Shown: positions 38,120 through 51,348 of the stretch, piece by piece
Numbering within the stretch: the stretch's first letter is position 1
Layout: each line of letters begins with the position of its first letter
Made by a program: the position numbers and the translations under genes
Assembly: GCA_016748015.1 (NCBI GenBank)
Contig: JAAOMT010000760.1
Coordinates: 1 to 64,000 of the forward strand
Direction: 5' to 3'
Length of the DNA stretch: 64,000 bases
Source: Geosiphon pyriformis uo1
Lineage: Eukaryota > Fungi > Glomeromycota
Notes under the pieces: model-generated
The model's database searches: none
Told to the model about the DNA's origin: nothing
What the model saw: the letters and a program-made list of their open reading frames with translations, nothing else

Positions 38120-40763
38120 ATTAAAAAATAAATAAATATAATTAAAAAAAAAATTTAAAAAATTTTTTTTTATATTTAAATTTACAATATTTTTATTAAA
38201 TTGTATTTATAATAAAATTAAAATAATTGAAAAAGTTTTGTAATATTTTCTATATTTATAATTTCAAATAAACAAACCAAAACAGTTAATTCATTTGTAA
38301 TTTTTTAAACCACCAATTCTGTTTTAAAAACTATTTTTCTTTTTAAAATATAAAACTTTGGTTTTTTGCTTAATATTAATTTTTTTACCAATTTGCTGTA
38401 AATTATAACAATTAATTTAAATTTAACTGTAAATAGCAATATTATTTTAATTTTAATTAAATTTGGCCAATTATTAATAATTATATAATTAAAAAAAATT
38501 ATATTTTAATGTATATTTTATGTTTAATTTAATTATAATATTACTTAACTTAAAAAGTTTAATTAATAATATAAATTAAAATAATATTTTTTTTATTATG
38601 CTTAAAATTGCAAAATTTGCTATAATCTAGTAGGCTCTTTTGCTGGTGTTTCTGATTTGATATTAACTGGATTAAAGACTCAGTTTGGCAATAAGAAAAA
38701 AGTACAAGTTGAGAGTATATATTCTTATGGTCTCTTATTTAAGAAAGCAAAGAAACCTGTAGCTTTTAGTAATATGAAGAATTTATTAACTAGATCTTTA
38801 ATTGTTGACATATTGCATACTACCAGTAAAGAGCATATTAAGTCTTAGGACAGTGAAGTAAATAGCAAAAAAAGCAGTGTTAGTGAAGTGTCAGATGTAA
38901 AAAACATAAAAAATACAATTGCTGAAGAAACAAGCAATGTCAACTTCAACATTTCTAAAATAGACAATATAATAGATGACACCATTTCAAGAAAGACATG
39001 TACAAAGACATATATCTTAAAACAGCTGTTGAATGTGTCTTTTTTTATCAGAAAAAGTGATAATAATAATATGTTGACACTTTTACCACTTAAGTTTAAT
39101 AGATCTCTAAAGCTGCCATTAATAGAATCATAAAACAAAAAAATTAGGAGTTTTGGTTTATGTAAATTATTTGCATTAGATGTTGAACTTTCTGTTGTTC
39201 TTAGCAAGACTAATATTGATAAATTGATGAATTTGAAAAAGATTTTTTATTATGTTGATGGTTTTAGGAGAGCTTTGACTTTCTCAAAATTTTTAGAGAT
39301 CATTTAATCATCTTTCACTTCTGAATCTAGTTTATATAAGGCAAAGGAATTGACAATCTGTGAAAAAATTTTGGTTAATGATAATATAAGAAAAATAAAC
39401 AGTCAATTGGATTGAGAAGTAATTGTCAAGGAAATTTCAGTTAATCTTTTTAGATCTGCTATAAAATCAGTTTTTTTCAAATTTGGCAAAATTACTTCAA
39501 TTAAAATGCAACTGATTGGTCTTTGGCAAAAGACTTTAGTGAAGTTTGAGTCAATAGATATTGCTAGTTTGGTTGCTTCTAAATGATTAGTTTTCATGGA
39601 AAAAATTCTGTTTATGTGGCAAAGATAATTAATAATAAGCAAACATGAGTATTCAGGGATTAGTATTAGACTTTGCTATATACACTACCAGTTAGCACTA
39701 CTGCCCATAATTTTTTTGATTTATTGGCTTCTTATGGTAAAAGAACTTGTGTTATTGGCTGCAATCCAGTTATATATATTTATAATAGGTGTGCTGTGAT
39801 TTGTTTTGGTAATAAGGCATCCAGATTGGCTGCTGTTGGTTCTGTTTTTGTTTTTAAGGGTGTAAATTTACATTGGATTAATCTCTTTTTGGCTTGCTGT
39901 GTTTGTTATAAACAATTTGGTCATGTTTTTGTTGATTGTTCAATGAATGAGAATTCTGGTGTTTATGGTAAGTGGGTAGTGACTTCTCAAAATTAGGCCT
40001 ATCTGGCCAATATTTATAAGAAAAAACAGACACTTATCACTTATCCAGTTTTTTTCAATGGCAAAACTTGGGCCCAGGTTGCTGGTGGCTTTTCTTTTCA
40101 TATAATTTTGTTAGACTTTTATGGTGCTGGTTTGTTTTCAAGTACGAAATTCATTTCAATAGTTTCCAGTTTTCTTAAAGTTTCTTGTTTAAATAGTTGC
40201 TTGATTTTTTAAAGCATTTTTTGGAGCTTTTGGCTAATTAGGTGTCTGGTATTTTGAAAAAATTGAGTTTTGTTGATTTGGTACTATTGGCACCCTTCTT
40301 TTATACTTCTCTTTCAGTCATTCTTAAGTCTCTGGTTTTGAGTTTGGACATAGATATGGCTTTGAATGGTGCATTGATGTCATCTGCTCCCTCTTTTTTA
40401 ATTATTAATGGTGTGATTGCAGATCTCAGCTTAAGTAATTCTAGAGTGTTAATCTCCAAGATAGGTGGTCTAAAGTCAAAATTAATTGCTTTAGAAGTGT
40501 TAGTAAATTTGGTTTTGGAAAGATTAGATTATTTGTGTTCTGGTCTGGATTTGTCAGCTTTTCCTACATTTCAATAAGTAATCTAGTTTGGAGATTTGCT
40601 ACATATAATGTTCAGAGTATCAATGTTCCTGCCAAACAGGAAAATATTATTTACTGGCATATAAGTTTGGATAATATAGTATTTTTTGTTATAGGAATTA
40701 AGTTGTAATCTAATGTCAAATTATGAATTGTTAATAAGTTTAAGAGTATACAAATCTTTACAT

Positions 40764-41745
40764 TGTTACTGGAGGTTTTTGGTCTTTTTTCTTAAATGTT
40801 GTCAATATTTGTCTGTTGTTATTTTACGTTTTTTGAAAGCAATTGAACCTCCAATAACTAAATTTATTTTCAAATTATCTCTTATAATTTGAACTGCTGG
40901 GCTTATAAGTGGAATGGCCAATTCTATGCCAGTTACTTGTATAGTTATATTGTAATAAATGTCAACTCTTTCCCAGGAATTGCTCATCTGGAAGCTTACT
41001 AAAAATGTGTAGTTACTTTGCTGTAAAAGTCAACTTTTTTACAGGAATCTTGTCTGTAGGCTACCTCAATAATTATAATAAGAAAATAAAAGAAAAATAT
41101 AAAAAATATAAAAAAAATATAAAAAAAATAGAATTCTGTCAAGAAAAACGTTTCCTATCTAGGCTTGAAGTCACTAACAGATTACTGAAATTAGTAGTTA
41201 ATCAATTTCAAAATGATAGTTGTGTTGAGAAGATTTCAAGTGTAATAATCAAAAAATTTTGTTTTTGAATATTTAATTTTTATTTAAGATATGTAAAAGA
41301 TAATTTATTCTAATTAAGATATCTAAAATAAAGTATTATGATAAGATACTATAAGAAGATATATTTTTTTGAAGAGAAAAGCTTTTTTTTTATACAACTT
41401 GTTATAGTATTAGTCTTTGAACTTGCACTTTTCTCTTTGCTCTAATTTTGGCAAACTAAAAATACATTTCAGTAAACTACAAATTATTTCTACAAACTAT
41501 TGATTATTTCGGCCAATTTTCATTAATTTCGGCAAATTTTGACTATATTAAATGGCTTAAAGTATTGTGTAATTTGATCATCTTAATTTCTATAATACAA
41601 ATCAGATTATTAATTAAATGATAATATTTGATAATTTGGCTACATAATAAGTAATAATCGAAATTATAATAATATATGTTAATTAATAATAGGAATTATA
41701 AAAATAATTTCATGCTAATTAATAGCTAAAATTTTACTGGTAACA
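40764..41745 (-). repeat. 3' LTR of the nested gypsy (982 bp)
   Basis: TGTTACTGG...CTGGTAACA, homologous to 49608-50473. Adjacent polypurine tract GAGGAGAAAA on the minus strand (~41749-41758). Confidence 0.92.
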
Positions 41746-44700
41746 TAATTTTCTCCTCAAGACTGAGCTCCATCAAAGTCCAAGCACTATTTGTGATATC
41801 AAGATAGTAGTCCAAGATAATTGAAGTAATCTGGTCTGAAAATTGTTGAAATTTCAGTTCTGTGAGCCTTCCAATATATTGAATCTTCATTGAATAAAAT
41901 ATTAGATTTGTAGAACGTTTTCACAAGTGTTGAATAAATCATAAAGTCTAAATACTGCTTTAAGTTTGTAACAAATATTTGTTGGTCTAGCTGTTGTCTT
42001 AAATTCATTGTAAATTTGTTTTTGCATAGCTTCAGAAGTAATATTGGTTGCTTTAAGTTCTAGTTTTCTTTCATAAAGTGTTTTTCCAATATGAAAATAT
42101 CTATGTATAAGAGTATGTTCATTGTTCTGTTCATTAAGAAATAGTAAAAGTTTTTGTTAGATTGTAGTATTTGATAGAATGTCCATGGGAGCAAATAAAA
42201 ATTTTTCTTTTAGTGCTTGTTTCAAAAGTTCTGGTAATTGATTTCCAGAATAATCTCTTGTTTTTTTTCTATAAGGGTGATAATTCTGAAAATTGTTTAC
42301 TACTAGTGTTATGGTTTTTTTTTGAGTATAATTAATTTGATTTTTATTAATTATTATTGATAAGTCAGGAAGTATTTTCAAAGCTAACATTAATTTTTGA
42401 GATATTTGTTAAATATTTTAAGAAATAATCATGATAGAAATAACTAATTAATAAAATTTTTTGAAAAAAAATAGAGAAAATTATTTTTTGGGTATAGAGT
42501 TTTATTTGTTTTTGTAATTATTTACTATTTTGTTTTATGTTTTGTGTATTTAAAGAGTTATTATAAAAATGTTAAATTAAGTATTTAAGTTTGGCTGTTG
42601 TTCTATTATAATTATTGGTTCTAAATTTTAGGGAATATTTTCAGGATTAATTAAAAGAGAATGTGTATCAATTTGTGAAATAATAGTGTTTTAATTGATC
42701 TCCATGTGCAACTTTTGCTAGTACTTTGTTATCAAGTCTTAACTTGTATGATCTATTGCCTAGAATTTTGTGAATATAAAATAGTCCATTCCATTTATGT
42801 TCAAATTTTTTACTCTATTGTTTTTTAGTCTTAATTCTGTATAAAAGAACTTTATATTCAACTTTAAATTCGTTGATAACTGATGACAGTTTGTTATTAT
42901 GTCTTTTTTTTTGTTGAACTTAGAAGTGTTTAATATAAGTGGCTGCTATTTGTTTTTGTTTTTCCAGTATACTAAGAAGAGTATAAACTTTTCTCTGAAG
43001 TGTTTCTTAAAAGTTTTCTTTATTGTTTGGTTGCACTGAATATGTTTTCACTATAAAATTAATTGGTAATGTTGCTGTCTTTTTATAAGTAAGATCAAAT
43101 GATATATGTTTTGTAGTATCTTGTTTTAGTGTTCTGTATGTTAGTAACACTAATGGAATAAATATATCCTATTCCTGCTCAAAATTTGTTGAGACTTTGG
43201 CTAAAGATTTACATAATGTTCTGTTGAAACATTCTACAAGTCTATTTGTTTAAGAGTAATAAGATAATAATAAAAGTCTTTTGACATTAAATTATTCACA
43301 AATTTTTTGTATCAAGTTGTTTACAAAATGTGTTCCTTAATCAGATAAAAGTTCAATTGGGCATCTATGTCTACAAATAACGTTTTCATAGATGAAATTT
43401 GGATGGCTCTAACTTCAGACTATTTGGTGAGATAATCTACTGCAACTGTAATATAATGATTTCTTTAGGTTGTAATAGGTAATGGTTTGATTAGGTTAAT
43501 TCCAATTCTGTTAAAAAGTTGTTTAACTTTGATTGAATTTAGAAGTTCTTTGGGGTGAGTTCTTTCTTTTCTTTGATAACTATTACATAATTCTACATAT
43601 TATTGAATGGTTTTTTACATGTAAGGCCAAAAATAATGTTCAAGTGTTCTTTGAATTGTTCCATCTTTTTCCAAGTGTGCTAAAGAAAAATTTGTGTGCA
43701 TGTTATATAGAATTGTTTCTTTTTCATTTTCTTGTATTAATTTAAGTAGTTGGTTTAGATTTTTGTAATTTTTATAATAGATTTTGTTGTAATGTATGAA
43801 ATATTGTTTTGATTGATGTTGTAATTGATGTTTTTCACTTGGAGACCAATTTTTTGGCATGATAAGAGTCTCCAAATAGTTTTTAATGTTGTTGTAATTT
43901 CTAAGATCTATTGTTGTTTGGTTATTTTTGTTGATAGGTTGGTAAATTATGGTAAAATTGTTGTTGGTGTTAATTTTGTCTTATTTTTAAGAAACTGTTA
44001 ATATTGGTGTATAGTTTTCTTAGTTTGTAATGTATAATATATTTGTAGTTTGCTAGAAAGTCATTCCATTAAGACTATTTGACATTTTATTTTGTTTTCT
44101 TTTTATTGAGCCATTTGAGACCAATATTGTTAGTTATTATGTCAAATTCTTTTCTATTTTTCAGATATTGTTGGAAGTGTTTAAGAGCCCAAATAACTGT
44201 GGCAGCTTCTAATTCAATTGAGCTATATTTGAATTCTGTTGGTTTAAATGTCTTACTGGCATAAACAATAACTTGTTTCTGGCCATTTTTATCCAATTGT
44301 AATAGGATAGCACCAAATGCTATATGTAAAGCATCAGTAGCTAGTTGGAATTATTTATTAAAGTTTGGGTAAACAAGAACTGAGGCTGTTGTCAATTTTG
44401 TTTTGAGGATCTTAAAGGCTTTCTGCTGTTTTTCAGTTGATTGATATGACATGTTTTTGTTAATAAAATAATTGAGGGGTTTGGCAATTTCTGAGAATTC
44501 TTTGATGAATTTTCAATAATAAGAGACTAATCCTACAAATTCTTATAATTCTGTAGTATTTTTGAAAATTTGAAAGTTTTTGACAGCACTGATTGTTTTA
44601 AAATTTGGTTTAACTCCATCTTTGCTAACTATGTGTTCAAAAAAGATTAAATTTGTTTTTTCAAAGTAACATTTTTTAATGTTCAATTTTAATTCTGCTT

Positions 44701-45811
44701 TCCATAATTGTTAAAAAACTTCTTGCAAGTAAATAAAATAAGCTTCAAAACTTGGTGAGTATACATTAGTATTATCCAAATAGACAACTACTAATTGTCA
44801 TAAAAATTCTTTATATACAACATCCATAAGTCACTAGAATGTTGCTGGTGTATTACAGAGTCCAAAAAACATAACATTGAACTCATAATTTTTTCTTTGA
44901 ATGGTAAATGCTGTTTTGAGTCGATCTTTTGAGTCCATTTTGACTTGTCAGTATTCACTTTCTAAGTTTAAAGTTGAAAAAAACTTTGCTTTTCTTAAAG
45001 CATTTAATATGTTATTAATTCTAAGAAAGGGGTAGGCATTTTCAATTATTATACTGTTCAATTGGTAATAGTTAACACAAAATCTGATTTTTTCATTTTT
45101 TTTTTAACCAAAACTACTGGTAAGATTTATAAACTTCTTGATAGTTAAATTAATTTATTATTGAGCATTTTTTGGATCTCTTCTCTGATAAATTGGTGGC
45201 TAGTAGGTAGAACTTAATAGACTTGTTGTTATTTTGGTGAAGCATCTCCTGTGTAGATTTGATGTTAGACAATATTAGTTTTTCTAAGATTATTGTTGTC
45301 TTTTGCAAATATATTTGCAAATTCAGCTATTAGCTGTTTTAATTGTCTTTGTTGTTAGAGTTCTAAGAGACCTATGTTGATTCAAAAAAGTTTTTCTTTC
45401 AAAAAATAGTAGTTTTTAGTAGTAAAAGTGATATTTGGATTTGAAAGTAAAATATGTCTTACAATTTTGATAAAATTAGAAACAATTTGAAAGTTTTCAT
45501 CTTGAAAGATATTACTATGTATGATTTCAATTTCTAATTTATTTAATAGAACAATGAAATAGTTGTTGAAATTGTAAAATATAACTCGAAATTTCTTTAT
45601 TTTTTTTGGTATATAGATATTTCGAATTAAAATTTCATGCTTCAAACAGATTTGTTCATTAAATTTAAAGATTTGTTGGGTAGTGGTGGGTTTTAGTGTA
45701 AATTTCGTAATGTTCTCCAAAAAGTGAAATAGTAATTGGTTGAGGAAATTGTAGAATCTGGTGAGATTTATTTTGTGTATTGAGAGCTATGTTTACTAAA
45801 ACTGTAAATCA

Positions 45812-46190
45812 TCCAATTGAACCAAAATCTTGAGTTCTTCTTTTACTTTTTTCTAATTGTTCTCTGTTGTTAAGTAATTATAAACCCAAAATGTTAATTA
45901 AGGATAAGTAAATTGCTTGAGCAATCTTTTTAGCATGTTCTATCCTGAATGATTTGTCTGTTTCATTCTATAACATGATAGTAATGTTTTCAGTATATTC
46001 TGCATCTATAATTTTTCCTCTAATATTGATTTTTTTGCTTGCCAATAATGATTAGAAAACAATTTGTATTATTGCTTCTGGTGGTATTTTAAGAGCAATT
46101 ATAAGTTTAATTTTGGTTAAAAAACCAAAGTGTCTTTGCCAAAATATCTTAAGTCATATTCTGTATCAATTTTATGGGCTTTTTTTGGTT
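45812..46190 (-). pseudogene. dUTPase domain within the gypsy pol
   Basis: Motif 1 AHKIDTEYDL (for AHxxDAGYDL), motif 3 GKIIDAEYTENI (for GxIDxGYxG), motif 4 KIAQAI, motif 5 RRTQDFGSIG (for RGxxGFGSTG), in correct order. Confidence 0.85.
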
Positions 46191-49100
46191 TTATTTTTTG
46201 TTTATTGTTATTAAAGTATTTGAATTGTATAGTAGACTGATTTTTAGTAAGATAGATTGGAGTTGTTGTAATTTCTTTTGCTGACCTAGATTCTCCAAAC
46301 TCAATTTCTTTCTGGTCATCTTTGTTAAGTAAGAGGATACTAAGGGCATAGCATTCTAGACACTATTTGTCATCACAAAGCATAATGTATTCTTCATATA
46401 ATTGAATGTTCATTTGCTCTAATCATTGAATTTAAGCCTCTTGAGTTGGATAAGTGTAACTTGCAATTTGGTGATATGTTTTTACTTTATTTTTATAGTT
46501 GAATTCGGCTAATTCCATTATGTATTTAATGTATTTAGCTTCTTTTATTTGGCAGACATCTTTTTATGTGGCTTCATTAATTAAAGCCATAACCAGATTA
46601 AAAATTATTTTAACATTATAAAAGTAGTAATAGAGTTTGTTAAGAAAGTTATTATAAGCTATATCAAAGGGTGTTTTTTTTCTGACTTTTTTCGAGATTG
46701 ATAGAACATATTGGCAGATTTGATTGCATACTTTTCCTCTTATTACAACATCAATCCAATTGTATTCTTCTAGTAGCATATGTTCACATGTAAAACAAGA
46801 AGTGTTGTCCTATTTTCTATTTTATTTGGGGTATTCAAATCATTCTCTATGGCATGTTTTACAAAAGTAACAGATGCAAATTTCATATTTTTTTTCTAAA
46901 AAAATACATGCTCCTATTGATAAAAGTTTTTTTTGCAATCTTTATATTTAAGTAGAATATAAGATAGTTGTTTCTGTGATTCTAATGTAGAATATCTAAC
47001 TACATTCCATCTTTTAGTCTCCTTAAAAAGTTTTTGTTTTGTTTTCTCAGCCCAATTGAATGATGATCCAAGAGTCATAAAGATTTCAGTAGTTGATAAT
47101 TCTTTCTTTTTTTTAAATTCAAATACTGAGGCTTTTTTAGAATTTTTATTAAAAGTACTACAGATAGCAGGTACTCTAGTGTATTGTTCTTGGTATAAAA
47201 TTTTTAATTCTTGGATTTCTTAATTTAAATTTGCATTGGCCTTAAGAAGCCAATTATTTCCAACAAAAGCTTGATATTGGGGTGCATTTATGACTAAAAT
47301 TTTAACTGAAATAGTGATTCTATTGACAGTGAATAGGAAGTTGTCAATTTTTCTTACTGGAGTTTTTTTCATGCCATCAACTATAACAATTACAGTTTGA
47401 GCTGGTCTGTCAATGTTTTTTCTAAGCTGTTGTATCAGTTGATAGGTGATAATACTTTTAGTTGATTCACTGTCTAAAATTAAGCAGATTTGTTTTTTTT
47501 TTACTTCAATTTTAGTATACATAGCAGTAATTGCTTTTAGCTCATTAACTGCTGTATTGTTAAGTAAAAATGGTAATTTATTGGCTTCAAATTCAAATGA
47601 AAATATAACTGAGAGATTGGTATTTTGAGCAATTTGAGTTAATGAAATAATATTATTGAAAGAGTTTGATCTTAGTGCTATAGCTTTATTTTCAGAAAGT
47701 GCAGTTTGTTAAAAATCCGATTTTTCTAGTATTGTAAGATAACTGGGTTGAGTGTGATAGTGATTGGGTTTTTGTTGACCAAAATTTTGGGGAATTAACA
47801 AGTTGTTTGGATTGATTCTGTTGTTATTATTCTGAAATTGATTTTAAGATGTAAATTGATTTTGTTGGACCAATTTTCAGGCAGATACTTGGTATTGTTG
47901 TGTGAATGGTGGCTGATATTGTTGAATTTGTGAAGATTGTTAATATTGCTACTATAGAGCAGGTTAATAGTAATTGTTTTACTGTTGAGATCTTGAGAAA
48001 TAGTAGACTGGTGGTAGAGGCTGATAATAAAATTGCTGTGTTGAAGAGTAATGTTAATTACTTCTGTTTTGTTGGTCTCTTTGTAGCTTTTTGCAATCTT
48101 GTTTCTAATGTCCTGTAATTTTACAATAGTGACAACTTTGTGGTTGATTGTTGGATAACTGAGAGTAGTTGTTTTGATTTCATTATTGGGGTAACTGATA
48201 TCTTTGGAGTTGTTGCTGTTGTTGTTGGTTGGTAAAATAGTTCTCAACCTTTTTTGTAAGTTGGTCAATCTTCTCTTCAGCTGTTGAGCTGGTTTTTTTA
48301 ATAACAAGATTCACAAGTTTTGTGCAATTGGCTTCTTCCATAGCTATTTTATAATTTTTTGCATGTTGAATAACAGTGGCCAAATCTTCAGATGAATGTA
48401 GACACACTTTTTTTATGAGTTTATTTTTTAATCTAGCAATAAATTAATTTAAAATTTGGGCATCAGAATAGTATTTATTGGTTTTGAACTGGCAAATCCT
48501 TCTAAGAAGTTTGTTGAACTTCTTTAAGTAGATTATGACTAATTTACTTGGTTCTTGTTTGATATTTCAAAACCGATTTTGGAGGGTAATAAAAGTGTTA
48601 TTGTTAGTAAATTGTTGTAAAAAAGCATCTTTAAATGCTTGTTAGTTTTCAAAGAGTGCATTCAAGTTTTCAAACTATTCTTTTGCTGTTTCTTAAAGAA
48701 AGTATAGGATTGCTTTAAGCATTCTTGCTGCATTCTATCTATTTGTATCTCCTGCTTTTTGGACTTTGTTAAGCCATTCTTGTGGACTGGTATTATTATC
48801 TTTACCAATGAATTCTGGAATCTTTGCAATATAAGCAGTTGCTATTTCTTCTTTATTTCTGTGGTTTTTTTTTGTTTTAATTAAGTTTCTTTACTTTCCA
48901 AGTTCTCTGAATGATTACTTTTGTTTTTCTGTAAGTAATCAATCATATTAGTACTGGTTAATATGGGTTTCTGTTGTTGAATAGAACTTTTTAAGTAACT
49001 GAAAATTTTTTAATCTTAAAAAACAGATAAGTAGTGAATTTGGTATTTGTAGTTGAGCAAGTAAAATTGAAAATAGTGTAATTAAGAGTGGAAGTTTAGT

Positions 49101-49593
49101 GCTAATTCCTTGTTCTGAAGTTTGTAAGTATTTGGTAGTTATTTTTGGTGTTCTTAGAATGTTTAAAATAGTTTTTGAGTATTGTTTTAATTTTTGTTTG
49201 TCTTTGTTGCTTGTTTCTATTTTTGATTCAAAGTCAAGAGAGTATTTAGACTATACTGAATATTTTTTTTTACAATACTGAATAATGCTAAAGTAAAGTT
49301 CTTAGAAGTAGGTGGCAAGTGTTTCACTGTTAAGGTTTTCAGTTCTCAATTGTAAATAATGCAATAAATTATTGTAGAGGTTACTTCTAACTTCTGAAAT
49401 ATTGTAGTTTTCAAAAAGATAATTGTTGACACAGTTTTCAATGTATTGGTATACTGATTTTTTGACAACTTTAATTCCGTTTGGGATGTTGAATTTTTGC
49501 TTACAGTAGATGTAAATTAACTGATAATACTCTAGAGTTGTTGTATTTGGTGTGATCACCACTTTGAAGTTGTTATTATTGTGTTATTTCTAT

Positions 49594-49607
49594 AGGAGAG
49601 CATCAAA
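49594..49607 (-). promoter_or_regulatory. Putative primer-binding site of the gypsy element
   Basis: Minus strand reads TTTGATGCTCTCCT immediately inside the 5' LTR, consistent with a decayed TGGTGCTCTCC (complement of a tRNA 3' end ...GGAGAGCACCA). tRNA identity not determined. Confidence 0.55.
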
Positions 49608-50473
49608 TGTTACCAGAGGTTTTTGGTCTCTTTTTTTGAATGTTGTCAATGTTTGTCTGTTGCTAATTTTACGTTTTCTAGAAGCAATTAAACCTCTAAT
49701 AACTGAATTTATCTTCAAATTATCTTTTATAATTTGAACTGCTGGGCTTATAAGTAAAATGGCCAATTTTATACCAGTTATTTATGTAGTTACATTATAG
49801 TAAATGTCAACTCTTTCTTAAGAATTCCTCACTGGAAGCTTACTAAAAATGTGTAGTTATTTTGCTGTGAAAGTCAACTTTTTTATTCAAATTTGGAGTT
49901 ACTAACAGATTACTGAAATTGGTAGTTAATCAATTTCAAAATGATAGTTGTGTTGAGAAAATTTCAAGTGTAATATTCAAAAAATTTTGTTTTTGAATAT
50001 TTAATTTTTATTTGAGATATGTAAAAGATAATTTGTTCTAATTAAGATATCTAAAGTAAAGTACTATGATAAGATACTATAAGAAAATACATTTTCTTGA
50101 AAAGAAAAGCTCTTCTTTTATACAACTTGTTATAGTACTAGTCTTTGAACTTGCACTTTTCTCTTTGCTTTAATTTCAGTGAACTAAAGATACATTTTGG
50201 CAAACTACAAGTTATTTCTACAAACTATTAATTATTTCGGCCAATTTTCATTAATTTCGGCGAATTTTGACTATATTAAATGGTTCAGAGTATTGTGTAA
50301 TTTGATTATCTTAATTTCTATAATTCAAATCAGGTTATTAATTGAATAATAATATTTGATAATTTGACTAAATAATAAGTAATAATAAAAATTATAATAA
50401 TATATGCTAATTAATAATAGAAATTATAAGAATGATTTCATGCTAATTAATAGCTAAAATTCTATTGGTAATA
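49608..50473 (-). repeat. 5' LTR of the nested gypsy (866 bp)
   Basis: TGTTACCAG...TTGGTAATA. Aligns to 40764-41745 except for one ~115-bp indel. Confidence 0.92.
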
Positions 50474-51348
50474 ATGTCTAGTTTGGAAAAAGGTTTTTTT
50501 TGGTGCTGGTATAGCCATTATTATAAACAATTCTTTGGCTTATTATGTTTCTAAGGTAGAGAAAATTCTTGGTTAAAATATTTCAATATGGCTTCTGTTT
50601 AAAGGCAAGCTCTTAATTACAGTTCTGGATTTGTATACTGGTGTTTTGTCTGAAGCTAGATTTAAACAGACTTTGAAGATAAACTTTTTTATTACAAAGA
50701 CTATCAATTTCAGTACTTTTGTGGTTTTGAGAAGTGATTTTAATGAAAATAGATCTGAAAAGAGTGTAAATTTCAAGCTCTGTTTGGATTTGGGTTTAGT
50801 TAATTTATTTTCTGGCAATTATTAACCAAAACTTCTACATAGAGCAATTCAAGAGGGGTTAAGAAAACTATTAATTATATTTTTGTTAGTGTAAATTTGT
50901 CTTTAGCTGTTATTGATTATAAGATTGGCTCTAATACTGGCTTTTTTGACACTGATCATAAAGCTGTCATGATGTTTATCAGCTTGAATAGGCTTTTCAA
51001 TGTTTGTCTGAATAGCTTGTACAAACAGGCTAACAAGAACTGTTGGAAGTTCAAGATCAAAGATGCAGATAGTATCAAATAGGTGGAATTTAGAGAGTGC
51101 TCTATAACTAAATTATTATAGTAGAGAGTGAATTCTTAGTAATAGAAACTTATGATAATTTGAATACAATGTAAGAGTTGTTAAAAAAAATAATAGTAAA
51201 ATTAGCCAATGAGATATTTTTTAAATATTAATTTAGTGTATGTTAGTGTTTGAGAAACAAATATTCTTCAAAATTTTTTGGGTTAGAATTGCTAGTTGGC
51301 AAAATTGTTAAGAGATTAAGCTTAAGTAATATGCTTGGTTTTGAGTGT

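Larger units (their letters stand above)
40764..50473 (-). mobile_element. Full-length but dead Ty3/gypsy LTR retrotransposon (9.7 kb) with dUTPase, nested in the LINE endonuclease
   Basis: Paired LTRs. Minus-strand order: gag (CHYCKITGH*KQDC ~48090-48140), protease LILDSES (~47480), dUTPase, RT VVYLDNTNV (~44780), RNase H LATDA..FGAIL (~44330), integrase (H..H, CRMC, LLSD.GTHF, LVECFNRT; 43050-43750). PPT and PBS at the expected ends; decayed TSD ACAT/ATGT. Confidence 0.93.
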
